DNA from: Nemertoderma westbladi
Taxonomy: Eukaryota > Animalia > Xenacoelomorpha
Direction: 5' to 3'
Assembly: GCA_032718475.1 (NCBI GenBank)
Contig: JAUCBJ010005613.1
Span: 13,614-77,613, forward strand
Length of the DNA: 64,000 nucleotides
Made by a program: the position numbers and the translations under genes. Position 1 is the stretch's first letter; every line of letters begins with the position of its first letter. Shown here piece by piece: positions 40,001 to 48,282 of this stretch. Below the pieces are notes generated by a model. It was not told the origin of the DNA. It saw only the letters and a list, made by a program, of their open reading frames with translations, and ran no database searches.

Positions 40001-43000
40001 CAGCATTCTTAATATATATGTAATATATATATATATATATACTGCAGCTGCAATGCAGCATGCCGATCGTAGTAGTAGTACATGTAGTTCACTATGCCAA
40101 GTACAATGCACAGATCTCCAACCAGGCATTATATAACATTGGAGGTGTCTCATTGGTTCCCCCAACACTAGAACAAAATCGCCTCCGCTTTGCAGGACAT
40201 TGCTTTCGCCGTGAGCACCAGCCAGTGCATAATCTTGTGCTTATGGCGGCCTCATGGAGTGAATAAGCATGGTGGACAGCCCATGACTTTCTTGAGTGAG
40301 ACGCATCTTAAAGGACACTGGCCTTGAAGATGCGGATGATCTAGCAAATGTCATGGGTGATAGGGAGTTGTGGCAGAGCAATTTTGTCGACAACACAGAA
40401 CAGCATTCTTAATATACATGTAAAATATATATATGTAATATATATATAATGCAGCTGCAATGCAGCATGCCGATCGTAGTAGTAGTAGTTCACTATGCCA
40501 AGTACAATGCACACATCTCCAACCAGACGCTATATAACATTGGAGGCGTCTCTCATTGGTTCCCCCACCCTTGACACTAGAACAAAGCCGACTCCGCTTT
40601 GCAGGACATTGCTTTCGCCGTGAGGACCAGCCAGTGCATAATCTTGTACTTTGGAGGCCTCATGGAGTGAATAAGCATGGTGGACAGCCCATGAATTTCA
40701 TGAGACGCATCCTGAAGGACACTGGCTTTGAAGATGCGGATGATCTAGCAAATGTCATGGGTGATATGGAGTTGTGGTACAGTATTAAACCGAAACAAGC
40801 ACGATGAACTGGAGCTCTCACAATTCGCCCCCTAGCGGCAGACAGAGGGACTGTAAAAGTCTGTCTGTGTGTATAATTTTAATTAAGCAATGCTCGTAAA
40901 GTTACCACTGCCAAATTTCCGATGAATCAGATGGTTGGTTCTATAATTACAGCTACTTTTACATTTTGCCAATTCGCCCCCTAGCGACAGACATAGGAAC
41001 TATAGTCTGCCTGTGTGTAGAATTTTTAAACTTTTGATAGACTACATGTGTTGTGTACCAAGGATTTTGTCGACAAGCCGGCAAAGCATTCTTAAAAATG
41101 CAGTTGCAATGCAGCATGCCGATCCTAGTAGTATTAGTTCGCTACCAGAACAAAGAGAAGGTGAACTCAATTGTCATACCAGATAGTAATGATAGTGGGG
41201 AAGATGAATCTGATAATATTTTACCCAATATTATTGCTACCATTAAGGCTCATTGTTGTTCCTGAACAACATTCATTAAAAATATTCAAATAATAAAAAA
41301 AATAAATTTTTTGGCAGTAATGTGTTATTTTAGACTGTTTACAGTTTATCTAACCTAAATTTTTTTTTAAACCAGTAAAAATAATTCGAGCAGCAAATGG
41401 TTAAACTGATTTGTTGGTACTATTAGAGAGCTGCCCATGCAAGGTTTACAAATATGTAAAAACATTTGAATTTGGTTGCGAAATAGCTGAGATATGTTCA
41501 AATATGCGTTCTAATATTGCATGATTTTGCACCTGCGCTAGGCTACTTTATTCTATTTAATAAATTCATAATATTCTGGAACATACTCAAGCACTGTTGA
41601 TTGTGATCGGGCTCTGGGTAGTTTACCGCTCACGCAAAGGTGAGTGTGAACGGGCTCTGGGTAGTATACCGCTCACGCAGAGGTGAGTGTGAACGGGCGC
41701 TGGGTAGTTTACCGCTCACGTACAGGTGAGTGTGAACGGGCTCTGGGTAGTATACCGCTCACGCAGAGGTGAGTGTGAACGGGCGCTGGGTAGTTTACCG
41801 CTCACGTACAGGTGAGTGTGAACGGGCTCTGGGTAGTTTACCGCTCACGTACAGGTGAGTGTGAACGGGCTCTGGGTAGTATACCGCTCACGCAGAGGTG
41901 AGTGTGAACGGGCTCTGGGTAGTTTACCGCTCACTCAAAGGTTGGTGTGAACGGGCTCTGGGTAGTTTACCGCTCACGCACAGGTGAGTGTGAACGGGCT
42001 CTGGGTAGTTTACCGCTCACGCACAGGTGAGTGTGAACGGGCTCTGGGTAGTTTACCGCTCACGCACAGGTGAGTGTGAACGGGCTCTGGGTAGTTTACC
42101 GCTCACGCACAGGTGAGTGTGAACGGGCTCTGGGTAGTTTACCGCTCACGCACAGGTGAGTGTGAACGAGCTCTGGGTAGTTTACCGCTCACGTACAGGT
42201 GAGTGTGAACGGGCTCTGGGTAGTTTACCGCTCACTCAAAGGTTAGTGTGAACGGGCTCTGGGTAGTTTACCGCTCACGTACAGGTGAGTGTGAACGGGT
42301 CTTTATAAAGGGAAATAAATTCCCTTAGATCCGGATTTGCACCTATAAATATCAGTGATCAGATCATTGAATGTCCACAATTGGCATATCGCTGTTTGTG
42401 GTCGGCATCTGATGCATTGAAGTCGCATTCTTCTATTAGGTCTAATAACTGTAACAATTAAATGTGTTGATAATGTATTGGAAACATATTTAATTATTTT
42501 TCTGAATAAAAATATATATGTATTTTATGTATTTTTTCTTTTATATTTATTCGACGCAAGTATCAGCTGATTACTCTCAAAAGTAAAACTGTAACCTGTT
42601 CTATTGTGTTTAGTTTGTTGTTTTGGTTAAAATAACGTGCCACTGTAACGCTCCTTACCCTAAATTGAGAATTTATCATTGAGGCGGGGTATTAATTCGC
42701 CAAGACTGGATTTGCGTCCACTCTCACCCCTGTCTCCCTGTGCTTCTCCCAACAATATAAAATTTATACTTACTTCGGGCTTGGTTTCACTAAGACAAGA
42801 AGTTGTGTGAGACATATACTCTTCATATTTGCTGATACTGCAGCTGGAAAATCTTTCTGCCCATCTGAAATTATTAAATGAATAAAACTAATCCTGATTG
42901 CGCAATTTATTTACTATGAAAGAAATGGGAAATTAAGGATGCGTGGGTGAATAAGCAATGTTATAATTGATAATTAATAATAATTAATTTATTTCCAAAA

Positions 43001-46000
43001 TCGAATAAACCCAACTATAACAGAACTTATTTACTCACACATGTGAACCGGGTGTGTCATTCATTACACAATAGCGTTTGCCTTGGAATGGATCCGGTTG
43101 GGCGTCGCATTCGCAGTCATCAGTATCATGGTCGAAAGCCAAGGTGTGACCGAGCTCATGGGACATGGTAGCAGCGACGACCTTGGGTAACTGCCAGGCG
43201 GGAGTTAGAACAACTCCTCCACCCTGATCATCACAAAGTACTGGATTAGATGTCCCTCCATTGGTATCGTAATCACTGAAATTATTAATCAAATCAAATG
43301 CAATTATCCTGTCGTACAATTTAAATAATAAATAGTCGTAAATAATATTTTTTCCCTCGGGAAATCCGCTGAATCATGGTTACGTGGTTACCATGGTTAC
43401 GTGTAAGCAGTGATTTTTAACGATAAATAATGATATAATTGTTCGTAATGATCTCAAGTGTTATTTTGTTTTGTTACATTACGGTCGTTTGTTACATTAT
43501 TTATGACTTACTGAATTACTTAATTTACAATGTCTAATTCCGTACAATGCGATTAACTACAACAGTTGCTATTTGTTTAATTATCATGTTTTCGAAGTCC
43601 AGTAAGACTGTGTAAAATTTCTCAAGTAAAACTTTAACAGCAAACCGTTGATACAGACAGGACGCTGTTAAGTAGCCGTAATGTAAAAAAAAAACGATAA
43701 TGTGTGACTGGAAAAGCATGCCGGCGTCTGTGAGCATGTCCCAAATTAATATGGGTTTAGTCATTTAGTTTATGAAAAATGAAATTACCTAATTAAAACT
43801 GCAGCATCAATTTCCCAGTCACCATCAGCTTTCTTCTTATCAACATAATCAACAAAATTATCCAGGATTTCCTTTTTGAATGCGGCGACATCGGTCTTCG
43901 TGTAGGGATATGCAATATAGTCTCTATCGTGCCATAATTCCACACGAACTGCTACAAAAACGACATTGATATCTTCATAGTTCTGTGGAAATAATCGTTA
44001 TTCATAATTCTATAGTATGTTATGAAAGTTAATTAATAATTAATATAAGAATAAAAGTTGAATGAAGAATACGTATGCAATAACCAGTAAGGTTTAAGGA
44101 ACGAAGTGGAACGAATAAACACTAATTGTTTATAACGAAATCAAAATATAAACAGCCATATGATCTTGACGGTCATGACTTTTCTATTCCCAATAATAAT
44201 TAATTAATAAACAATAATAATTTAGCAAGCTCATCATTTTTTAATAATTCGCAGCGCAAATATATTATTTAAGGAATATTAATTCACTTACCCGGTTTAA
44301 AGCTGCTATACTCGCTTCCACAGTGTGAGATACTGATTTTGTAACATCTTGAGTAAAATATCGAGAATCTTTCGGGGTCCATACGTGAAACTAATAATAA
44401 TAATTAAACAATTAGTTGAAAGTTAATTAATAAAGAAGTAAGATTTTCTTCTCCAGGGATTACACACAAAGTCCGACGACTTATTTCCAGTTCGGTCCCC
44501 CAGAACTGTACTTCCCAGAGGAAACTCTAGTACTCATTTAGCTACCACTATAGGAACCCATGCAAGCATGCAACCTATTTCATAATTTGATTGGTTGGTT
44601 TGCGTGAGCGAATTTGATTGATTGGTTGGAGTGGTGATCACGTTGGTTGGTGTGTTCCCCTTTCCCCTTTTAGCTACTTGCAAGACTGTATGAGATACGC
44701 CCTGGCTAGACCCTTTAACCCTATTAAACTCGGAGGGGGGGGGGGGGGGGGGGGGGGGGGTTGTTACACCGGTTTTTCGGCGTTCGCAATAAGATGAAAT
44801 TCATATAAAATAAGAGAGAAATTTCAAACTTGATTTTTTCGGCGTGTGCCAAATTTTGGTGCCGGCACCGAATTTTGAAATACGTCAATTTTGTAAATTC
44901 ATTGTTAAAACCTGTTTTTTTGCGCAACAAAGGTTTTTTGAGTTTTTGGTATCGATGGAATATATACGAGTTGCACAAGGCGTATTAAACTTGTATTTTT
45001 CGTTGCTTTGTTCAAAATTTGGTGCCAGCTCGAAATTTTGAAAATCCGTTCAACAGTTCAATTGATTGTGGCAGCTTATTTCTCGCATTTAAGAGGTTTA
45101 TGGAATTATTATCTAACTAGACGTCTCAAACTTATATTTTTTGGAAGCAGATGCAAAATTTTTGTGTTAAAACCAAAATTTGAAATCCATCAAATACTGT
45201 ATATCAATTGATTGTGTCACCTTGTCTCTTACTTTATATGGGTTTGTGAGGGTTGCAAATTCAATGGAATAAGTAAAAATTGCATAAGAGTTCTTAAACT
45301 TGTATTTTTCGGCGGTGGTTTAAAAATTATTGCGTCAGCACCAAATTCATGAAAATAACAACTTGATCAATAGATAGCATCATCCTTTTTCTTGCTTTAT
45401 ACGCGTTTATGAAACCGATGGAATCATTAAAAACAGCGCTAGACATCTCAAACTTGTACATTTTGGTGATATGTACGAAATTTGGTGCTATAGCACCAAT
45501 ATTTGTCATATTACGCCGCGAAGTACGAGTAGCAATAATCTGAAAAATTAGAAATATATTTGATTATAATCAGAACCCCAGAAAACCTGAAAATTTGACT
45601 TTTTTGCATCGTATAAGTCAATTAAACTTTTTTTCTTTAAACTGAAAACTGCTGGTTACATGTTTTAGAGGAAAAAAACTTCCATTTATAACTAACAGAT
45701 CATTTTAAAAATTTCTTCCAATGAATTCAATGCCCCAGAAAGCCTGTATTAAAAAAAGACTAGCGGAAAATTCTAACGAAAAATTTTTTTCAATCCGATT
45801 CAGACTAATGAAATCTGGGGTTAATATGACATTGTACAACTTTAAACCCCGGTATTAATAAAATAATTCGTGTCGTGGGTGGAACGGGTCGATGCTGGGA
45901 TCGAACCCACAACTTCCGGACCAACCACCACACCAAGATGGAACTTAATGAGGGGCTTTAATAAGTAATAGACTACATAACCATTATTGCATGCTCTTCG

Positions 46001-48183
46001 TTTGCTTTAAAAAAATGTAAAAAATCAACATTTTTTCTCCTCAGCGCAGGGCGAAAAATTAACAATTGTATTAAAAAGTTAAAAATTATAACTCCATAGA
46101 TAGAACAATCGTCAATAAATTTGAAATTCAAGGTGATGGGTAGAGGAGATATTGTCTCAGTGGATATCGCAATGGCTATAGTTTGTTATAATGTGTTGTA
46201 TGTAGCTTACACTAACATGGTGAACTTTATGCTACACATGCAGTAATCACGGATTCAGGATCGTTTGCTGTGGATACTTACACAAGAGTGGTCACAAACT
46301 ACGGCTAGTCGAACATATTTCCTTGGTAATTCCCTCTTCACGACTCCAGAAGATGATCTATAAGATTAATTGTAATTAGTTTACAATTTTATCTATCGAC
46401 ATAAGAAACTTAAATCTTAGCCTATTAATTAATATTATATTATTGCGTCACAAAATACTTGTAATGCGGCAATTAACTTGATTGATAACGACTATTGAAA
46501 GCGACAAAAATCAATAAATTGCACATAAAACCCTGTAAGTACAATGTAAGTACAATGTAAGTACAATGTAAGTACAATGTAAGTACAATGTAAGTACAAT
46601 GTAAGTACAATGTAAGTACAATGTAAGTACAATGTAAGTACAATGTAGTAGTAGTAGTACAATGTAAGTACAATGTAAGTACAATGTAAGTACAATGTAA
46701 GTACAATGTAAGTACAATGTAAGTACAATGTAAGTACAATGTAAGTACAATGTAAGTACAATGTAAGTACAATGTAGTAGTAGTAGTACAATGTAAGTAC
46801 AATGTAAGTACAATGTAAGTACAATGTAAGTACAATGTAAGTACAATGTAAGTACAATGTAAGTACAATGTAGTAGTAGTAGTACAATGTAAGTACAATG
46901 TAAGTACAATGTAAGTACAATGTAAGTACAATGTAAGTACAATGTAAGTACAATGTAACCTAGTAGTCGACCTAGTAGTAGTACAATGTAAAAAATGATT
47001 GTAATTGAATTCGCGTGGTTTTTGGCTCCACCAAAATCTTTATTAAATCAGTGACTTTTGTACAATTACGTTCAATGGTGTAAAGTGAACTAAGAGTAAT
47101 CAATATCTACAATAAGTGTCGGGAAAACATTAAATAATATAAAAAAGACAACGACACTAAATGCAATAATTGCATTTATTATTGCATTTTATGCTCAAAG
47201 ACTTTTAAATGATAATCAAACGCTCGTAGCTAAAGAATTAAGGCGAAATTATAAATTCTGGCTCACCCAGCAGGATGAGGGAGGTAAAATTATCTTTCTT
47301 TCAAATTTCATGTAATATCATTAAGAATTGTAGAAAAATTGGGGGGTCTAGCTACCTTTAACGACACTCATATTCCAGGACATGGTGTACAAACTTAACA
47401 TCATAAGTATGCACCTGCGGCTGTCTCTTCAACGCAAAATAAATACAGTTCGCAATCAGCCATGTTAATCAGCCGGCATTCATTATCAAAATACAGTAGC
47501 ATTTTAGCAATGGTTTTCATAGCGAGGAGCCTTCGGGTTGCTTCTGGTGTTTTGTGTTTTAGGGTCATTGTTAATTTCTCCTCTTTTTCATTAGATCTTT
47601 GTCTTGTAAGCAATAAGTTTGAGGATAAGACTGACGTTATGTTGCTTAAAGTAATGCCCGAGTAGGCTCTAGGCTTATATGAATGTATGTATGTATATTC
47701 GATTTTATTGTTGAATGTAATGGGTGAATTTCCTCATCCAAAACCCCTTGGTTTTGGATGGCATTTCATTGTTAGAAGCTATTCATTAGTCTGTCTGTGT
47801 GAAAATCTGTCTGATTCATGTCATCAATTACTCAATTATATGTTGTTACACAAGTACAAATCGATGTCTCTCAAACTTTTCATAATGGGTTTCTGAAGCA
47901 AATAGTTATAATAGAATTAACAAGATATAATTACATTTGGTTGTATGTAGTCTCTCTCTTCTTACTGTAAATTTAAATAACTGTAAAAGTAAAATAAAAA
48001 TGATGTAACATACGAACTTTGTTTTATAACTTACCCGAGATCTGGCACCTGATCAACATTGATCTCTTTCCCTAGCGGTTTAGCATTTATATTTTCTATA
48101 TCATCAATTACCTCCCCGGCTTTATCCAAAGGAGATCCCGATACTAGGAGTGAAATACAAAACAGAGAAAAAACTCCCAACAT
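7052..48183 (-). CDS. Secreted ADAM/reprolysin (M12B) metalloprotease-disintegrin-Cys-rich protein, 11 exons, 501 aa; complement join(48035-48183,46282-46357,44292-44390,43789-43982,43039-43275,42774-42864,38362-38562,32310-32421,28005-28110,16588-16789,7052-7090)
   Basis: All ten introns are GT-AG with matching phases (2,0,0,2,2,0,0,1,2,0); the 1506-nt frame is open; domains are in canonical order: signal, [78 protein letters not shown]. Confidence 0.9.
7120..7298 (+). mobile_element. Degenerate tRNA-derived SINE-like head
   Basis: B-box-like GTTCAAATC near 7154; ACCCAGCGGTAAAATGGGAATCTGGC resembles conserved central domains of metazoan SINEs (recalled, not searched). Confidence 0.4.
7301..7841 (+). 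mobile_element. RTE-clade LINE 3' fragment
   Basis: Close reverse-complement match to 3226-3762; encodes [16 protein letters not shown]; ends GCATGCCGATC(GTA)n. Confidence 0.9.
8012..16259. repeat. 8.2-kb satellite of 19-bp (TATGGGTATCTATAACTTA) and 24-bp (plus ATAAC/CTATA) units with higher-order structure, in intron 10
   Basis: Directly visible; diagnostic variant blocks recur. Confidence 0.97.
16588..16789 (-). CDS. Reprolysin exon 10 (Cys-rich domain): [14 protein letters not shown]...MKCATGK
   Basis: Acceptor TATATCCAG, donor GTAAGC, phase 2 to 0; CGxLxC and KCxxGK motifs. Confidence 0.9.
17152..18155 (+). pseudogene. LINE ORF1 (CxxC...CxxC finger, Q-rich linker, coiled coil, RRM-like), one frameshift near 17940
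   Basis: CNTC...CKNC; [23 protein letters not shown] coiled coil; [12 protein letters not shown] and PRGVLL motifs; alternate frame continues [18 protein letters not shown]...VIDEF to TGA at 18153-18155. Confidence 0.8.
18190..21190 (+). pseudogene. LINE ORF2 (AP endonuclease + reverse transcriptase + Cys/His knuckle), frameshifts near 18270 and 20425
   Basis: [21 protein letters not shown] (APE); [37 protein letters not shown] (RT); [12 protein letters not shown]...CSC...DEEHILSSC. Confidence 0.9.
21912..22288. mobile_element. Foldback MITE (~377 bp) with ~150-bp imperfect terminal inverted repeats
   Basis: TTGTCAAGCACGTTAA...GTTAGTACCAAAGTATGTAA...AAAAAGCAACAAGACCTAGACGTT is mirrored at 22175-22288. 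Confidence 0.85.
22640..24006 (+). mobile_element. Degenerate LINE ORF2, 5' part (endonuclease to start of RT)
   Basis: IIIGG*FNCRID (APE), [30 protein letters not shown]; many stops and frameshifts. Confidence 0.8.
24007..25899. mobile_element. Non-autonomous DNA transposon with ~400-bp TIRs, CATG termini and 7-bp TSD (P-superfamily-like)
   Basis: Starts CATGACCTACTAAATATACGACCATGAAAGC, ends GCTTTCATGGTCGTATATATAGTAGCTCATG; GTCCGAT at 24000-24006 and 25900-25906; no transposase ORF. Confidence 0.85.
25900..27272 (+). mobile_element. Degenerate LINE ORF2, 3' part (continues 22640-24006)
   Basis: [44 protein letters not shown], Cys-rich end, AAATC/AAT tail at ~27248-27272. Confidence 0.8.
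27406..28000. repeat. 44-bp tandem array (CTATAAGTTTGAAATTTAGAATACCAACCTCCTCTAATTTTTAT), ~13 copies
   Basis: Direct periodicity; abuts the exon 9 donor site. Confidence 0.93.
28005..28110 (-). CDS. Reprolysin exon 9 (Cys-rich domain): [34 protein letters not shown]
   Basis: Acceptor CAACTTCCAG, donor GTAAGT, phase 1 to 2; CY..N..G..YGNCG motif. Confidence 0.9.
28152..28466. repeat. Inverted repeat (~115-bp arms) containing tRNA B-box-like motifs
   Basis: CACAGCTAAGTAAATAGGAAATGACGTCAGGTGGGATCGAACTGGTGACCTCCAGGATGGAAGT mirrored by ACTTCCAATCTGGAGGTCTCCATTTCGATCTCACCTGGATTTCATTGCCTAATTTGCTAAGCTGTG. Confidence 0.75.
28696..28940. repeat. 15-bp tandem array (TTGCTGTAGTGCACG)n, ~16 copies
   Basis: Direct periodicity, nearly perfect. 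Confidence 0.95.
29020..30040. repeat. 41-bp tandem array (AGTCAGTGTCCTTTAAGAGGCTTCTTATGTAAGTCAAGGCC), ~25 copies
   Basis: Unit starts at 29020, 29061, 29102 and so on. Confidence 0.95.
30539..30714. repeat. 44-bp tandem repeat, 4 copies (GAGTTCCTATTGTCTGTCTGTCTACCAGTACAGTTGAAGTAACA)
   Basis: Direct periodicity. Confidence 0.9.
32310..32421 (-). CDS. Reprolysin exon 8: [37 protein letters not shown]
   Basis: Acceptor TTTTTTATGCAG, donor GTGAGT, phase 0 to 1; DGxxC....YC..G.C......C start of the Cys-rich domain. Confidence 0.9.
33050..33350 (+). repeat. Diverged fragments of the TIR family seen at 24240-24420
   Basis: TACACCATGTCCTGGAATATAGTGTCCTAATTCAGTGAC and CCTCCCTCCTCC...GCTTTCATTC match the left arm of 24007-25899; similar pieces at ~39020 and ~47360. 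Confidence 0.55.
33400..33575 (+). repeat. Dispersed repeat, second copy at ~41405-41585
   Basis: TGATTTGTTGGTACTA...GCAAGG...AAATATGTAAAAA...GAAATAGCTGAGATATG is shared. Confidence 0.65.
33925..34665. repeat. Hairpin-rich non-autonomous element (unclassified)
   Basis: ~60-bp-arm hairpin 33930-34070 around CGAGCGAGCGCAGCGAGGG; second hairpin TACTTTGCAGCGTT...AACGCTGCAAAGTA at 34558-34602; 34076-34110 is inverted relative to 34625-34663. Confidence 0.6.
34769..37080 (-). mobile_element. 5'-deleted Ty3/Gypsy LTR retrotransposon (RNase H, integrase, PPT, 3' LTR) in intron 7
   Basis: Open pol fragment; PPT GGGAGGAGA at 35013-35005 followed by a TG...CA LTR of ~236 bp (35004-34769); gag, protease, RT and 5' LTR absent. 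Confidence 0.85.
35188..37032 (-). CDS. Gypsy pol C-terminal half: RNase H + HHCC/DDE integrase
   Basis: [31 protein letters not shown]; HESHQG...CEEC; [22 protein letters not shown]; stop-free but has no true start. Confidence 0.92.
   Translation of the reverse strand: MKEALISPPVLAQFDISAETTLHTDASKTKGFGFALLQRQNHKWRLIQCGSRFLKDVETRYAMVELEALAILWAIRKCKVYLKGLQEFTVITDHRPLVRIFNDYTLDQIENVKLQSYLEKLNGYQFNVVWKQGKEHKIPDALSRYPIEDPEDDEEEHRLEALQHASVMEANIGTITQGLHDSSLDRHCSAKDPVLENIKLIAKDDPNYQDLITAIIQGFTCNKQNTPYVQRFKRFWTELSVEDNLVLRGCRLVIPHASIKSVIKLLHESHQGIDRMKRRARDILFWPGMSNDLTQAVEDCEECLLHRPSNPTEPLAADPLPTRVFEVVSADLFSFAGNKYLAYADRLSGFPFLAKWAQDPNSEQVSAALQHFFVQTGVPVVLRSDGGPQFRSEEFQDFLSRWGVQWVPSSPYYPKSNGHAEATVKVLKHLVMKHNGNIKSEGFLNGLLELRNTPRVEGRSPAQYVFGCNLRSKVPAHPRSFAPAWQKLASDVDDKRTAEFYKSENYYNRSTRQLNPIKSGSTVMIQNPSTKKWDKSGQVIFVGEHRDYTIKLPSGGVIWRNRHFLRPCLSKEDNKQVVKSETHTAPPDETTGTPLPLRRSQRTRRQPNRLNVQP
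38362..38562 (-). CDS. Reprolysin exon 7 (shortened disintegrin): [39 protein letters not shown]...[13 protein letters not shown]
   Basis: Acceptor (TTTTTG)nTAG, donor GTAAGT, phase 0 to 0; CGNG...GEQCDCG signature. Confidence 0.93.
39581..41137 (+). mobile_element. Three head-to-tail RTE 3' fragments (~39581-40080, 40087-40488, 40488-41137); the third is interrupted at ~40779-41063
   Basis: Each encodes RLRFAGHC.R...PVHNLVL and ends in GCATGCCGATC plus (GTA)n-like tail. Confidence 0.88.
41600..42300. repeat. 43-bp tandem array (GTGTGAACGGGCTCTGGGTAGTTTACCGCTCACGCACAGGTGA), ~16 copies
   Basis: Unit starts at 41988 and 42031, for example. Confidence 0.95.
42774..42864 (-). CDS. Reprolysin exon 6: [30 protein letters not shown]
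   Basis: Acceptor AATTTCAG, donor GTAAGT, phase 2 to 0; FSxCS...CL end of the M12B domain. Confidence 0.92.
43039..43275 (-). CDS. Reprolysin exon 5 (catalytic site): ...[22 protein letters not shown]...YCVM
   Basis: Acceptor AATTTCAG, donor GTGAGT, phase 2 to 2; HExxHxxxxxHD zinc motif and Met-turn. Confidence 0.95.
43789..43982 (-). CDS. Reprolysin exon 4: [23 protein letters not shown]...EIDAAVLI
   Basis: Acceptor TTTCCACAG, donor GTAATT, phase 0 to 2; matches the Y..xNx...V.xExW...D.I and D.A.L motifs. Confidence 0.9.
44292..44390 (-). CDS. Reprolysin exon 3: [33 protein letters not shown]
   Basis: Acceptor TTATTATTAG, donor GTAAGT, 99 nt, phase 0 to 0. Confidence 0.8.
44719..45820 (-). 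mobile_element. piggyBac-like MITE in intron 2
   Basis: TTAA|CCCTATTAAA left end, GGGG|TTAA candidate right end; inverted homolog of 50455-51484. Confidence 0.65.
46282..46357 (-). CDS. Reprolysin exon 2: [25 protein letters not shown]
   Basis: Acceptor TCTTATAG, donor GTAAGT, phase 2 to 0; dibasic site then the KYVxLxVVxD first strand of M12B. Confidence 0.9.
46535..46990. repeat. 11-bp tandem array (GTAAGTACAAT)n with (GTA)4 interruptions, in intron 1
   Basis: Direct periodicity. Confidence 0.95.
48035..48183 (-). CDS. Reprolysin exon 1: signal peptide [16 protein letters not shown] plus acidic propeptide
   Basis: ACAAG-ATG at 48183; hydrophobic core and VSG cleavage motif; donor GTAAGT in phase 2 matching exon 2. 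Confidence 0.8.
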
Positions 48184-48274
48184 CTTGTGAGTTTATTTTA
48201 TAAACCACGGAAATAATTAAATTTAAAAATAGCAGTAATATAAAAATAATGGTATCTAGGATGCCATAATAGCC

Positions 48275-48282
48275 TTTATATA
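48275..48282 (-). promoter_or_regulatory. Candidate TATA box of the reprolysin gene
   Basis: TATATAAAG about 95 nt upstream of the ATG, with an Inr-like CCATT ~30 nt downstream; the region is AT-rich so support is weak. Confidence 0.4.

Noticed and set aside
42355-42450. Possible extra exon [14 protein letters not shown]...CGHSMI* in intron 6
   Set aside because: In-frame stop, and exon 6 already joins exon 7 with canonical spacing; cannot be excluded as a minor P-I-like terminal exon without RNA data
47401-47900. ORFs in intron 1 as candidate missing prodomain exons
   Set aside because: No recognisable M12B propeptide motifs (CxYxG, SxCxGLxG, IEP)
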